From Octopus sinensis (taxonomy: Eukaryota), in the NCBI RefSeq assembly GCF_006345805.1, contig NC_043012.1, forward strand, positions 15,438,001-15,502,000: a DNA stretch of 64,000 bases, written 5' to 3'. The notes under the pieces were generated by a model. That model ran no database searches. It worked only from the letters and a program-made list of their open reading frames with translations, and was not told where the DNA came from. Positions 12,741-26,910 of this stretch are shown here, piece by piece. Position 1 is the stretch's first letter, and every line of letters starts with the position of its first letter. The translations under genes and the position numbers were made by a program.

Positions 12741-13449
12741 GTGTGCGTATGGGCAAGTGTGTGTGTGTGGATTTCTATACCTGTACATGCATGGTTGCAT
12801 ATATATATGCATCTATTTGACATATGTGTGGGTGCGCATGTGTGTTTTATGTGAGTCTGAGTGAACATATGCATATAGGCACATGCACATGGGTGTGCCT
12901 GTGTGCATGTGTATGCATGTAAATGCACGCGCACGCGATTGCTATGAGCTTTCTAACTCCTTTACCTTTTACTTTTTACTTCCTCTCCCTCGGTTTTTTC
13001 CCTCAGTTAATGGCCATTCTAATAGCTCTTTTGTCTTAATAACAGTCATTTGCATCGTAATTTCCCTTTGTTTAACGGTCATTTTCACTGCATATTTTAA
13101 TTGCCTCGATAACTGAAGAGATGCCGGTGCAGGTTTCCGCCTTGACATCCGATGGAGGATGAGGAGCTACAGACCTCGGAAATAGAAGGTAGCTGGAAAT
13201 TCCTACGGGACAGCTTACTGAGTGCAGTATGTGGGTATGCTGAAAATTTCCTGGCTTTGTATAACAGAAAATATAAGAGGATCAGTTAATTATGATTATA
13301 TTCAACACATTATCCTCCCAGATTCACACACTTATTGCAGTGATCCTTCAGTTTTTCTAAGCCCTGTAAAAGAACTCGGGAGGTTGGGCCTCCAACCAGG
13401 CCTTTTGCAATACCCTTAAAGCCAGAAACTTTTCAGCACACCCTCATAT

Positions 13450-13485
<36 letters not shown>

Positions 13486-14914
13486 GAGGGGCTGCTGAAA
13501 TGTTTCTGGCTTTGGGTAGTAAAAGAAAATACGAGAGGAGCAGTTAATTGCAAATTTATTCCACATATTCCCCTCTCAGGTTCACACACTTATTGCATGG
13601 TCCTTCAGTTTTTCCAAGCACTGTAAAAGAACTCAGAGGTAAATAGAACTGTTAAGTGGTTGACTTAACTAATAGCTTCTTATTCCAGATACGAACAAAA
13701 GATTTGTTGAAGTTAGGACTATCAACATTTCTATTCACCAAAGTTCTCTGGTGAATGACACTGGACGTGAAGTTTTCACTTGATCCGGTGCTATGAAAAC
13801 TGAAAAAGAATTAAGGTGATATAGGAGTTGGTTTTATATAATATTTCCATTGTATTTAGGATGTTGAAAGTGAAAATGATGATAGTTGGCAGAATTAGAG
13901 ATTAACCTTTCGGGAGATCGGATACTGTGTAGAAATCTCAGACTCATAATAACACAAAATATAGATGTAGAAACATTAAGAAAAATTTGTTTCTTTTGTT
14001 ATATTATCTCTCTATATATAAATATATATATAAATGGCAAAATGCGTGTGTGTGTGTATCCTTTACACAAATCCACATTTTTTTTGAGTTAGAGGGCTCA
14101 CACTTTCTATGGTCATTCAAAACTGTCCAAGGGTGGTTGTGAAGATCTTTTCATTTCCCAGTTACTCCTGAAAGCCATTAAAAAAATTGATAAACCGACC
14201 CCTTATGTTTCAGGTAACAAAAGTCTTTAATACAAGGGACATAACTCACTTAATCCAGCTGTTTAATCTAAATACATTAAACCATAGCAAGGGAAATAAC
14301 TCTTTAAAACTCTGCATTTCCCTCCCTTTGTTATGTATCACACCTCAATACTGTACCAGGCCAATTTATCCAATTTAGGACTGGATCTGTCCTGGATTTC
14401 TGGATTTTCCAGTTTCCCAGAGAATTTCTAAACGTTTGCTTAAAATCTCGATATCTATAAATGACAAAATGTCAAGCTTTTTTGATTTGAGAAATGCAAG
14501 GGAATAATTAACGACTTAGACCAAGTGAATGACAAGAGAGGGGGATTTTCATGAAAGACCAAATATGCTTGACTAGCACTAGACTGACAACGTTGGGTTA
14601 TAGTGCTAGTTCTTTTATAAATAGTCTTATTAAAAAATAGCACAAAGAAAAAATAACAACAAAATCTATTTAAGTAAATGTCTGCAGAATATATTCAGTA
14701 AAATGATTTGTCAAAAACAATAAGTATAAAAGAATAAAGCAAATTTACATTATGCTGCATCTCATAAGAAGCACCCGATAGTCAACTGATGTATTGCAAG
14801 AATATTACTTACAGAAATAAATATTGTTTATGAAAATAAATAATATGGAAATAAATGATAATTATAGACATAAAAATCTCGAAAGAAAAAAAAAAATCAG
14901 CAGTTATCACATGA

Positions 14915-15284
14915 TTATTTGTGTTGTTGTTCCCATGCATCTTTTGCTAAATATCCTAAGCAAAACCAACCTGCATGGCAAAGCTGTAAAGTCGTTGATG
15001 ACCAACTTCTATAGACACTCATAGCATATATAATTTGTTGGTCAGTACTCATCAAGTTTTGGTTCAAAGCCCTTTTAACACTACTAATGTAGTCATCACA
15101 GAATCTTGTTAAGACATCATAACGTCCAAGGTTTGCACCTCCAGCAACCCAAACAAGGTTTTTCCATATTATTTCTTTCAAAGGTATTTTCTGAAAATTA
15201 CATTCTAAGCTGAAAGCCACACTTCTAAAGTCAAATCCTTTTGGAAGACTTAAGCCAAAATTTTCCGTTTTGTTTACTTCATAG
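14915..15284 (-). CDS. HtrL/YibB-family protein, coding exon 4 (terminal)
   Basis: Acceptor ctgtctttttcag|C completes the CG|C Arg codon; encodes ...WVAGGANLG...MSTDQQIIY...GWFCLGY...HK*. Confidence 0.85.
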
Positions 15285-16769
15285 CTGAAAAAGACAGAAA
15301 AAAACCCCCATTAAATTAGCAAATCTGTTGTAGACAATATTGATCTTCAAAGTATAAAGCCAATTTTCTGTTTAAAATATTAGGTACCTCAAACAAATTA
15401 CACAGTAACTGCTATGACTTTAGTAGCAAGAGTTCTGCTAACAGAGCCATTTTTGCATGCAACAAAGGGGATTTGGGAAGGTTACTAGAAACTGGCAAAG
15501 GACCAGAAAACCCTGTCAAAACTGGAAACTGGAAGTGGGTGAGGAGAGTTGGCATGCAGTGGAATGCATGGAAGCATCCTTTAATTTCCAGATGGATGTT
15601 TGCATGTGTTGCAGTAGGGATTAAGTAATTGGTTATTGTAGGTAACTTTCCTACAGGTGTTGCATACAATAATAAATATATTTTCACCATTTTCAGAAAG
15701 ACGAATTTGGAATATAGAATATAGCCTGAACAATAGAAATTGGTTAGAGATTAAAAAAAGATAAAAGATTTGTTTCAGTGAAAAACAATATTTTTGGTTT
15801 GTCTATTAGTAGAACATGGGAGCTAGAACGAAGATGTCCAGCAGACAATTATTGGTGTTTATATTTTTGGAAGTGTTTTTAGTCAGAGAAAAGGATAGTG
15901 AACCAATGAGTTACTGCTAAAGTTAATCTTTGTGTGTAGTCTAGCTGCCCGTCTGTAGATTTGCTAGACAAAACCATGAGTTGACTGGAGAGAGGTACTA
16001 GTCACAGAATGGAAAAGAAATTAGAGAATTATGTTGCTGCAGATAGGGCAGCTACATGAACCATTATTCTTTGTATCAGAAATAAAATTTCTAAGGTAAG
16101 ATCATTGAATATATTTGTCCATTCATGTTGTCTCCAGTTGCATGATTTTATAGTGAATGTGCCTGGCTTAGTGATAAGAATATTTGGCTTATGATCTCAA
16201 GGTTGTGAGTTTGATTCCTGGTGACGTGGTGTGTCCTTGAGCAAGACACTTTATTTCATGTTGCTCCAGTCCACTCAGCTGGCAAAAATGTACCTGTATT
16301 TCAAAGGGGCCAGCCTTATACTCTGTGTCATGCTGATTCTCCCTGAGAATTATGTTAAGGGTACACATGTCTGTGGAGTGCTCAGCCACATACACATTAA
16401 TTTCATGAAGAGGCTGTTCTTTGATTGAATCAATTTGAAGCCTTGTCATCGTAACTGACAGAGTGTCAGTATAGAAGTATATCAACATGATTTTATAGAT
16501 GGGAGAGACATTGAGAAATGTGAAAAAAAAGTTTCACCTCATCATCATCACCAAACTTTGTTCTTTTTCCATGAGCCGAACGACTCATAAGACCAGTTAT
16601 CCAGTTTTCATAGCATGTAAGTGACTGAGATCACAACATTCCCCTTCAACAGAACACCAATCTGTTGAAGAGTTTAAGGCCAGCAATTTCAAGAAGAGGG
16701 GGCCCATCAGTTACATTGATCCTAATTCTTCACTGGCATTTTATTTTATAAATCCCAAAGGGATGAAAG

Positions 16770-17085
16770 GCGGAGGCGCAATGGCCCAGTGGTTAGGGCA
16801 GCGGACTTGCGGTCGGAGGATCGCAGTTTCAATTCCCAGACTGGGCGTTGTGTGTGTTTATTGAGTGAAAACACCTAAAGCTCCATGAGGCTCTGGCAGG
16901 GGTGGTGGTGGTAAGCCCTGTTGTACTCTTTTGCCCCAACTTTCTCTCACTCTCTCTGCCGTTTCTTGAGTAATGCTACGATGGACTGACGTCCCATCCA
17001 GCTAGGGGGAACACATACGCCACAGAAACCAGGAAACTGGGCCCATGAGCCTGGCTAGGCTTGAAACAGGCACATAAAAAAATAA
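16770..17085 (+). mobile_element. tRNA(Arg-like)-derived SINE nested in an older SINE
   Basis: Head ggaggcgcaatggcccagtggttagggcagcggac...; flanked by a repeated aaagggatgaaag (TSD-like). Confidence 0.75.
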
Positions 17086-18795
17086 AAAGGGATGAAAGAC
17101 AATGCTAACCTTGACAGAGTTTGAACTCAGATTGTAATGAACTGGAAGCAAACCCAGTGAATATAAAATACGTATGATTACAGAGAATCTTCAGACAGTA
17201 GATCTGAAGTTGAAATATTTACCACAGAGGAGTTTTGTCAATGTTTATTGTGTTGAAATATGAAGTAAGATGGTCATATTTTGATGTACGTAGAAATTAG
17301 AGGCACCAAGCACTAACTGTATCAGCTACTTAAATAGTGACAGCATGCGGTTGCCATGCAATTGTAAGTAAAGACAATAAATTGTTACATTAACAAGAAT
17401 CATTATACAATATATTTTGTTTCTTAAGTTTTATCTCTTACGCTTGCTTCAGTCATTGGATTGCAACCAGACTTGAAGAGTTTTTTAGTTGAATGAATTG
17501 ACCCCAGTACTTATTTTTTTAAAGCCTGGGACTTAAAGCTGGGGAAAAGGCTTAGCAGCATTTGTTCCGACTTTACATTCTGAGTTCAAATACTGTCAGA
17601 GTTGACTTCCCTTTTCCTCCATGGGGTTGATGAAATAAGTATAATTTTTGCTTCCTCTTTCAAAAGTTGATGAAATAAGTCCCTATTTACAAATAGTAAA
17701 GTTGATTATTCTATTGTGTCTGGGGAGAGTCATTTTGTTTTTGTGCCTTATTATGTAACACACTCACCGGTAAAATTTCCACGTTTTTCTTATTTTTATT
17801 GTCCTAAAATTTTCGTTGCAACCTTTTCAATAGTTTTCACTCTGTCCGTTATTTACACTGCATTCCCTTTTGTTTGTTTGTGCACATGTGTATGTGTCAC
17901 ACCCAGAAACGAAATAAGGTTGAATAATCTAACTTAAATGCCCTTGAAAATGTTTCTGTGCCATTACTTTCAGTTGCTCTTAAATACAATATAGTCATTG
18001 AAATGTGATGAGAATTTAGTTCACTGCTAATTGATTCTAAAAATTCATTGTCTGGTTTGTTCCCTCCGCCCCTGCTTAACACCATATTTTATAGCTGAAG
18101 TCATTCACCTTAGCTTGTTGTTGACATTATCATCATTACCACCACCAGCACCATCAGGGATTATATATATATATGTATTCTGGGACAGGCATAAGTGTCA
18201 TGCTGTAGAGGTCTACCACACGGAAGTAATTGGGAAAGAAGGTAGTGATAGAGTGCCAGGAAGGTGAGTGTAAAAGAGTATAGAGGAGAGGGGGAAAGTG
18301 GAATCTGTCACAAGTGTGTGAGGAGAGAATATCAGATAGTTAAAAATGAGGGTAGAGGAGGTACAGTTGAAATACAGTATAGAGGGAGGGGGTAAGGTGA
18401 GAGGTAGAAGTGCTTCAGTAAGGAGGCACCTCTAATACATTACTTCTCCCTTCGTTCTCACTTTCTATCTGTTCTTCTTGTCTCCAGTTCTACAGGACAC
18501 TTTCATTTACCTTTGTATATACTTACCTGTCATGCAGCTGCATGGCTTTTTTGTTCTATACGTATATTTTATTTTGTCCTGTTTTTTTCTGTCACTCTCC
18601 TGTACTTTTTGTTACCTATTCACAGTGGCTTTTCACCAATGGCATCACCAAAAGTAAACAATATCAGCATTAAGAGTGCGCAACTGAAATAATCTTTTAG
18701 ACATTGATTGATGAGGGACTAGCTACAAATTTTCTACTATGTTTTTGTAAAGTTTTTTGTTTGTGTTTTTGTTAAATTTTTGAAATATATATATA

Positions 18796-19975
18796 TTGGG
18801 TCAGCCCATAAATAATGTGTTTTTTTCAATTGCATGAACTAAAAGTTGGATGGGGACAGGATAAACTACCTGTATCAACTTACTGTAAAAGCAGGAAGTA
18901 ATTTTACCTTGTCCTTATTCTTAGTGCAAATTTTGAAGAGTGCAATTTGATTTTAACAGTTATTTTGTCAAAGCTATAATGGAAGTGACAAAGGAGCATA
19001 TTTGGCATATTTTGCCTTATCAGTTCAATAAAGGTGACAACATTACAGAAAGTATGAGGAATATTAATGCAGTATATGGGGATCGGACAGTAAGCATAAG
19101 CCAATGTTAATAGTGATTTCAGAAATTCCGAGCCAGAAACTACAGCCTAGAAGACAAACCTTGTCCTGGAAGATCTGTAGAGCTGGATGAGGATGTCCTG
19201 CAAACCCTGGTGGAGCAAAATCCCATTGTAACTGTTGAGGAACTAGAAGAGAAGCTTGGATTTGGTCATTGAACCATTCATTGACACCTGCATGCCATTG
19301 GAAAAGTCAGCAAATTAGGTCAATGGGTTCCTCACAAACTTTCCAAGTCTAATTGTGTGCAGAGAGTGAATGTGTGCCCTTCTTCACATCTCACGAATGA
19401 AGCTTTTTTGGACTGAATAGTGACTGGTGATAAGAAATGGGTTCTCTATAAAAATGCCAAGCACTGAAAACAGTGGGTGGGGAGAGGAGAAACACTGGCA
19501 CCCCAAGCTAAAGAAGGTCTTCACCCACATAAGGTGTTGTTACCTGTTTGGTGGGATATGAAAGGTTTAGTCCACTTTGAAATCTTAAACCCAAACCAAA
19601 TAATAACAGGAGTTCTACTGTGAACAGCTTGAGCGGCTTAAGTCAGCGCTAGAAGAAAAATTACCATCTTTGGTTTCAAGATGAAAGGTGTTCTTCCACC
19701 TGGATGATGCTCAGCCACACACAGCGAGGATGGCATTCCGAAGGCTGGAGCAGTTTGAATATTAAACGATGCCCCACTAACCATATTCGCCAGACATTGC
19801 CCCATCTGATTATCATTTATTCTGCAGTCTTCAAAATCATTTGGATGGAAAAAATATGAATTCTGTAGATAAGGTCAGAACAGTACTGGAGGAGTATTTT
19901 TCGTCACAGACAAGTGAATTTTGGAAGAATGGCCTTGCAAGCCTACCAGACAGATGGAAGAACATTGTAGAAATG
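18796..19975 (+). mobile_element. Degenerate mariner transposon
   Basis: TA|ttgggtcagcccataaataat left TIR; MEVTKEHI..., WVPHKL, VTGDKKW and YSPDIAPSDYHLF with in-frame stops; right TIR not found. Confidence 0.9.
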
Positions 19976-20184
19976 TCCACCACAGCAAATATAAAACTGG
20001 TTGCACTTTCAAAAATGAATGTGTAAGCATTCTGCTTCCAATTCTAAGCCATTCTGTCCAGTCAAGCATTCTTTACATAATCATAAGGCTATATGCAACA
20101 TAATTCTTTATCTGTTGTATTTATGTTTTGTTTGCTTCTGTCTTAGTCTACATTCGCTAGCTTTTCCCCAGTAGTTTAATACTC

Positions 20185-20580
20185 TTACTCTTTTTACTCT
20201 TTTAATTGCTTCAGTCATTTGACTGCAGCCATGCTGGAGCACCGCCTTTATAGCTGAGCAAATCGACCCCAGAGCTTATTCTTTGTAAGCCTAGTACTTG
20301 TTCTATCGGTCTCTTTTGCCGAACCACTAAGTTACGGGGATGTAAACACACCAGCATTGGTTGTCAAGCGATGCTGGGGGGACAAACAGATGCACAAACA
20401 CACACACACACACATATACGAGTTTCTTCCAGTTTCCGTCTACCAAATCCACTGACAAGGCTTTGGTCAGCCCGAGGCTATAGTAGAAGACACTTGCCCA
20501 AGGTGCCACACAGTGGGACTGAACCAAGGACCATGTGGTTGGTAAGCAAGCTACTTACTACACAGCCACTCCTGTGCCTA
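20185..20580 (-). mobile_element. tRNA-derived SINE (same family as 2436-2818)
   Basis: Reverse-complement match to the head and tail. Confidence 0.85.
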
Positions 20581-20867
20581 ATAATAGCACAGGTGCCTGC
20601 AAAATTGAGTGGTCTCAAAGGTAATAATATGAAACCACTATGATGTTTTGGAGGAAAACTCAGTTATGAATATTCCATGCATCATGTCTTTGTCTAATTT
20701 CCTGTCCATTAAGTTTTCTTCTAGTTTCCCATTTATTCTGCTTTTGTCTAACTTTTTCTGCTTGTTGTATTCTTTCTGTTCAACCCCTCATATATCCATG
20801 TAGTGCAACGCACACCCAGTTTATTTACTTTTTCTATACATACATACATACATATATATATATATAC

Positions 20868-20920
<53 letters not shown>

Positions 20921-20926
20921 TTATAT

Positions 20927-20960
<34 letters not shown>

Positions 20961-21880
20961 TAGATTTGGCTGGTATGTGGTATTTCTTTTTTACAATAGG
21001 ACAAATTTATATTATTTAATCTCAACTGAAGCAAGGGTCTATGACCTCACTACCTCCTCCTGGTACCCCCAAAAATCTAATATATATTAGATTTGGCTGG
21101 TATGTGGCTACCAAATGTCTTCCATTGAGGTGATGGGGTATGTCAAAATCACATGATCTGGCAGTTCTGATGCCCATAACAGATGATACTTGTCTACCAA
21201 CAATATAAATCTGTGAGCTTTTATGTACTATGTGTTCATATGAGAGATTCTCTCAAGGTATATATGTCACCATTAAATTGAATATAAGGATTGCCTATGA
21301 AGTCTGAATAACTGTTTCCTCCTCTGTCACTTTCTGTCTATTGCACCGCCAACCATAAATGAAGGCAGGGAATTGGTCAAATCATTAGAATATAGGACAA
21401 AACACCTTTTGGCATTCAGCCTGGCTCACTGCAGTCTGAATTCAAATCCTACTAAGATTAATATTGTCTTTCACTCTTTCAGGGTTGATAAAATATCTGT
21501 CCCAAGCAATGGTGTCAGGCAAATATAAGCTCTTTGCATAAAGTGTCAGGCAAGTATAAGCTCTTTGCATTATGAAAAAATAATCTACCTTTGTTTTTTA
21601 TCTTCAAACTGACCAAATCTGACCTCTCACATTTGCTTTACAATACTGTTCCAAAAATAAACAATCATATCATTGAGATGTCTAAGCAACAAAGAAATGC
21701 ATGACAAGTTTTTTATCAAAGTGAATACATAAGCATTGCATTGAATAGAAATCTGAATGCTGAAAGGTTAAAAAAGAATGTGTGCTTAAAAAGTAAACTA
21801 AATAGATTATTCACAACATAGAACTGCTTTGGCAAGAAACTAATTTATTCCTTTAAATATTTCTTGTAATTATTACTAAA

Positions 21881-22265
21881 CTAGCAGTATCGCCCGGCGT
21901 TGCTCAGGTTTGTAAGGGAAATAACTATAAAGCATTTTTTGAGAGTTATAGCCAAAAAATAGCAAAAAAATGGAAAAAAATGATGGTAAATTTTTTTTTG
22001 ATAGTTAAAAAAGGTGGAGTTGCGTCCCCTACACAGTTTGTGGTTTGTGTTCCTGATTCTCGACCCCATGTCGAATTTATCGATTTTTTTCAGAACTGGG
22101 GGAACTTTTCAAAATTTTCGCTGCGTTAGTTTTGAATTATGACATTGGGCTATGAGTGTGTCAAGTTTCATCAGAATCGGTTGAAAGCCGTGGTCAGGGT
22201 GAGGGTACAAGCAAACAGACACACAGAAACACGCACAGACAAACTGCCGTTTATATAGAGAGAGA
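21881..22265 (-). mobile_element. Non-autonomous Helitron
   Basis: Minus strand starts A|TCTCTCTCTATATAAA and ends with the hairpin cctgagcaacgccggg followed by gatactgCTAG|T. Confidence 0.8.
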
Positions 22266-22458
22266 TAATGTTGTTTAAACCCTGACTCTAAATAACAAGT
22301 AGTCATATGATCAATGGTGTTCCACTTATGACCATCATGCCTTTTTTTTAAAGGTGGTAGAATATGATATGAAGGAGATTTGGTTACTCTTTGTAGCTGG
22401 GCAAGCAATCATGTAGAGATTACTCTGGCTGGTTTGATTATTTATCTTGTTAATGAGG

Positions 22459-22892
22459 TGCACACACACACACACATGCACACACACACACACATGCATG
22501 CAGACACACACACATGCATGCACACACACACACACATGCATGCACACACACACATGCATGCACACACACACACATGCACACACATGCATGCACACACACA
22601 CACATGCATGCACACACACACATGCAAACACACACACACACACATGCATGCACACACACACATGCAGACACACACACACATGCATGCACACACACACACG
22701 CACACACACACACACATACACGCACACATGCATGCACACACACACATGCACACACCACACACACACACACATGCATGCACACACACACATGCAGACACAC
22801 ACACACATGCATGCACACACACACGCACACACACACACACACATACACGCACACATGCATGCACACACACACACATGCATGCACACACACAA
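22459..22892. repeat. Complex (CA)n/CATG microsatellite
   Basis: CA tracts punctuated by catgcatg. Confidence 0.95.
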
Positions 22893-23297
22893 GCACAATC
22901 AATGGAATTAGAATAAGCTTGTAATAATTCATTTTAGTTTTTAAATCTTGTGTTTATTTTCTTGCTTTAGAGTAAAGAACAATTTTAATTTTGTTGCAGT
23001 CGAGGCAGACAAATTGGTAAAAGCTTCTTAAATTTTAATTATATTCATTTATTATTATTTCTCTGTTGAACCAAAATAGACTAAATTTGTGTCATCTGCA
23101 AAATGATAAACTATACTGTGTGATAGAATGTAATTAAGAAGAGTAAAGGACCAAGGACAGAGCTTTGAGGAACCCCTTAAATAAGTATTTGAATTATAAC
23201 TAAGTATAGAAATTTATATTAGATATATATAAATATGTAGACAGACATAGGTACTGAATAAATAAAAACAATTATTATTTAAATACATAACACTTAC

Positions 23298-23764
23298 CGA
23301 AAATATCCAAAGTCAATCCACATGAAAAAGTTTGTGTGAAAATAATTCTGTTGGATAGACTTTTTGAGTAGCTCATATTTAGCATGCATCACACAAGAAT
23401 AGTCAGGTATCACAGTGTTTGGATGGAATTTTGGATAATCAGCTTGACTGAAAATTTTAGCAATTCGTGGTTTCAGACTAAATGCCCACAAGTCTGTTCT
23501 ATTAACGAGGATCAATTTTGTTAAGTTATTTAAACTTGGTGATCGCAGTTTTTTAAACATAGAGAGAATCTCTGGAGAGTCTGTGAAGAAAACTACTGGA
23601 TTGAGAATCCGAGAATAAACAGAACACCACTTTTTATATACTTTGGGGTTTACATGACTGTTTCCACCCTTTCTAAAGGTGTCTAACTGGAAATAAGCTG
23701 TAACTAGTGTCACATTTTCAGAATGTTCAAATGCTTTGAGTTTTTCTTTCATAGACATTGAAAC
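23298..23764 (-). CDS. HtrL/YibB-family protein, coding exon 3
   Basis: Acceptor ttcttctgtttcag, donor CG|gtaagt; motifs VTLVTAYF, VFFTDS, YSCVMHAKY and FMWIDFGYFR match the HtrL_YibB (PF09612) family as recalled. Confidence 0.9.
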
Positions 23765-24138
23765 CTGAAACAGAAGAAAATATTGCTGAAGTAAAAATTA
23801 TAATTCAAATATCATTTCTTACTTGTGATAGCTCCACTAACCATTTTTGCAGACACAATTAGGAAAGGCATAAATGTCACAAATTTCCTCCAAAGATTTA
23901 TCCTGTAACTTCGAAGCTTCAAATTTCACTCCAAAAGTTAAGCTGAACAATTATGAATACGAACAATATAGGAAACTTAATCTTTCTTTTACCTTTTACT
24001 GGTTCCAGTTAGAGGCTGAAACCATGTTGGGGCATCACCTTTCAGTGGGACTGGGTTTCTTTACCGTACAGTTTCTGGTGAAGTATTCAGTTGGTTTAAG
24101 CTGTTCTTCTTTGTGTCTCCTTCTGCAATGTGGGTTCA

Positions 24139-24470
24139 TCTCTATATATATAAACGGCAAAATGTCTGTCTGTGTGTGCGTGTCCTTTATACAAATCCAC
24201 AATTTTTCAGTTAGAGGGCTCGCACTTTTTATGGTCATTCAAAACCGTCCAAGGGTGGTCGTGCAAATCTTTACATTTCCCCAGTCACCCCGCAAAACCA
24301 TTAAAAATCAATAGAAGTGACTTTTTTGTGAATTTTCTATCCAAAACGCAATCAAAATGCCCGAAACTTGATACGCCAATTGAATGCCAGCTAGCTGTAT
24401 GTGATTGGTTGGAGATTTAGACAGTACACGCGTGTATGTGCACGTGCACGCACTTGTATATGCATGCACT
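24139..24470 (+). mobile_element. Helitron-like 5' segment (second copy at ~14006-14190)
   Basis: A|TCTCTATATATATAAACGGCAAAATGTCTG start, similar to the other Helitron 5' ends in the window. Confidence 0.55.
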
Positions 24471-24489
24471 AGCACTATGACTCGGTCTT

Positions 24490-26880
24490 GTCGAGTCATA
24501 GTGCTAGTCTCAGATAAAAATTTCTCCAGATATTCCATGGAGACCTCTGCATCGCTGAGGCTGTTTGGAAGAATGTTGAATAGTTATGGACCACTGAATC
24601 CACAACTGTTAGAGTTCTGGCTCCTTATTTTATATGGAGAAGACAGAATCTTTGACACAATGCAATGCTGTCCAGTTCAGTGGTTGCTATAGCTTTCAAT
24701 ACCAAATTTGAGACTAGACATTCCAGGACCTTCTAAATATATATTACTGCATATCTTTTACACCTTCTCTAAAGGGAGCTGAGTTTCAGTTCCTTTACTC
24801 TCTCCCAGTAGCTCATCAGTTTCATTAAGTCCATCTTCTTTGCATAGTGGTGCTGGATTGTCTCAAATTCTACCACTAGGTGGACATTCTGCAGTGACCA
24901 CAGTTGGGAGCAGTAATCCAGATGACTGAAAACAAAAGTTCTCCATAGAAGTAGCATGATATCCTTTTTCCTGGTCCTGAATGATCTCAAAATTCATACA
25001 GCTACTTGCATGCACATCTTGGTAATATACACACAGAATGCTGCATCATTACTCATGTGAACTCCCTGGTCATGCACTGACCCTGACTTTGGGATTGTAC
25101 TACTCCTTGATCCTGTGTAGTCTGACTAAAGTCTGTTTATTGGCTGATAGCAGAGTCCTTGAAACTTCTTAGCATTGAACTGCATGCTATTTTTATCAGT
25201 TTATTTATATATTGCACTCAGATATTTTTGAAGTTTTAGCATGTCCTGTCATCAGGGTCATTGACCATTTGTGGTACTTTTGTATCATCAGCATAGCTGG
25301 TAAGAGTGGCTGACTGTATGACTGACGGCATGTCTGTGAAAACCACTACAAGCAGTAGTGGTCCCAATACAATTCCTTACGGGTCTCCACTTAGAATTGA
25401 TGAATTCCCAGAGATGGCACCACTGATTACAACTGTCTGACTTCTGCCTTTTAAAAGGTCATGCAGTCCTTCCCCTAGTTTTCCAGTGCTATCGAGGTCA
25501 TGCAGTTTGTGACATATTATCCCATGATCAGCTTTGTCAAAGATCTTGGTAAAGTTGAGCCACATTTGAGTGGTCGAGCTGCTGTTTCAGTACCTAGTCA
25601 TAATGTTGTAGTGACTGTGTGAGGCAGCTCCTTCCTGGATGGAAACCATGTTGCATGATTGTGCGCAAATTATTTTCTTTCAGGAACATGATCAGCCTCC
25701 TTCTGACAATGCATCCCATTACCTTGCTAAAATGTGAAGTCACCTTCATGGACAGAGCATATCATACCTTCTGTTAACATTAATGGAAGTTTACCACAGG
25801 CAAGGATAAAGAATCTGCTGTGATTTTGCAAGAGCTTTCTTACATATCTTTAAAAGAACAACCAGAAATCCATCTGACCCCTTTACTGAGTTTCTGTTCA
25901 TCTCATCAATGGCTGATCTTTTATGTTGTTGACATAATTGATGGCAGCCCTTTTTCTCTTGTAGATCTGTGGTGTTGAAAAACTCATCAGACTTGCTTAT
26001 TTGCATATTTCTTAATGGGGAGGTGGAGACACTTTGGAACTGATGTTGGGAAAGTTGAAGTCTATTATATTAATGCATTGATCTAATTTTATCAATGTAA
26101 AGCTTTCCTCAATTTTACCATTGTGATTTGAAGCATCAGGTTGGCAATATAACATGCAAATTACCACACCCAGTTGCTTTTTAATTACTATGAGTGTGTC
26201 ACAGACAGAGTTTCAATGTGACAACAGGGTTAGTGGTGTGACATCTTCACAGATGTACAATTCAACCCCACTGTGACTTCTTTCACTTCTTTCTGTATAG
26301 AACGCAGCATACATTGGCATTGTGTGTATCTCTGCCTTATTTACGTCTGAAGACAGATGTCTCTCTGTAAGTGTATTGCATATTGCTTGATTGCATGTAG
26401 AAAGTGTGTACTGGATGCTTTTTACGTGCCACCAGCCTCTGGTACTCAGAAGAATTGATGTGATGGTTGACTTGGCAGGAATGGTGGCCATCCTGGGCCT
26501 ATTATCTGTGGTAGTCTTTTGTGTGGGTGTGCATGGCTTAGTTTTGTTTGCAACCATGCCAACTGCTGCACTATCTTTTGTGCTACCCTTAAAAAAAATT
26601 GCTGTTCTATTGTTGCACATCACACTGCGCCTGCAGGCAGTTGTTTAGTGGTCTTCCTTATTGTACGTTTGTATTAGGACTTGAGTCCCTATGGGTGAGG
26701 TTTTATTTCATCTTGTTAGCTAAAGGAAGAGTGTTTTTTACCAAGTGTTCCATTCTGCTGAGTTTTGGCTGCACAAAATGGCAGTTTTTCCCCATCTTTC
26801 CATGCCAGGTGACACCTTTTAGATGGAATTTAAAGATGGTATGTCCTTCATGTAATGTCTTGTTTTTTTGCTGTCACTTT
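24490..26880 (-). pseudogene. Old degenerate CR1-group LINE related to 46485-50460
   Basis: Remnants SHLDYCSQLWS, SYADDTKV, FDKADHG, GSDGF and ERSHSGVELYICED, colinear with the younger copy. Confidence 0.85.
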
Positions 26881-26910
26881 CAGTGGTTTTGTTTTTGACT
26901 TTGAACTCTG

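Noticed and set aside
13105-13190. Possible hammerhead (CTGAAGA...GAAA)
   Set aside because: No convincing stems I-III could be drawn
17800-17840. Possible minus-strand hammerhead remnant (TTGAAAA...GAAA)
   Set aside because: Core too degenerate and stem II truncated
22335-22932. His/Thr- and Cys/Val-rich ORFs (also at 2860-3253 and 9571-9934)
   Set aside because: Microsatellite artefacts
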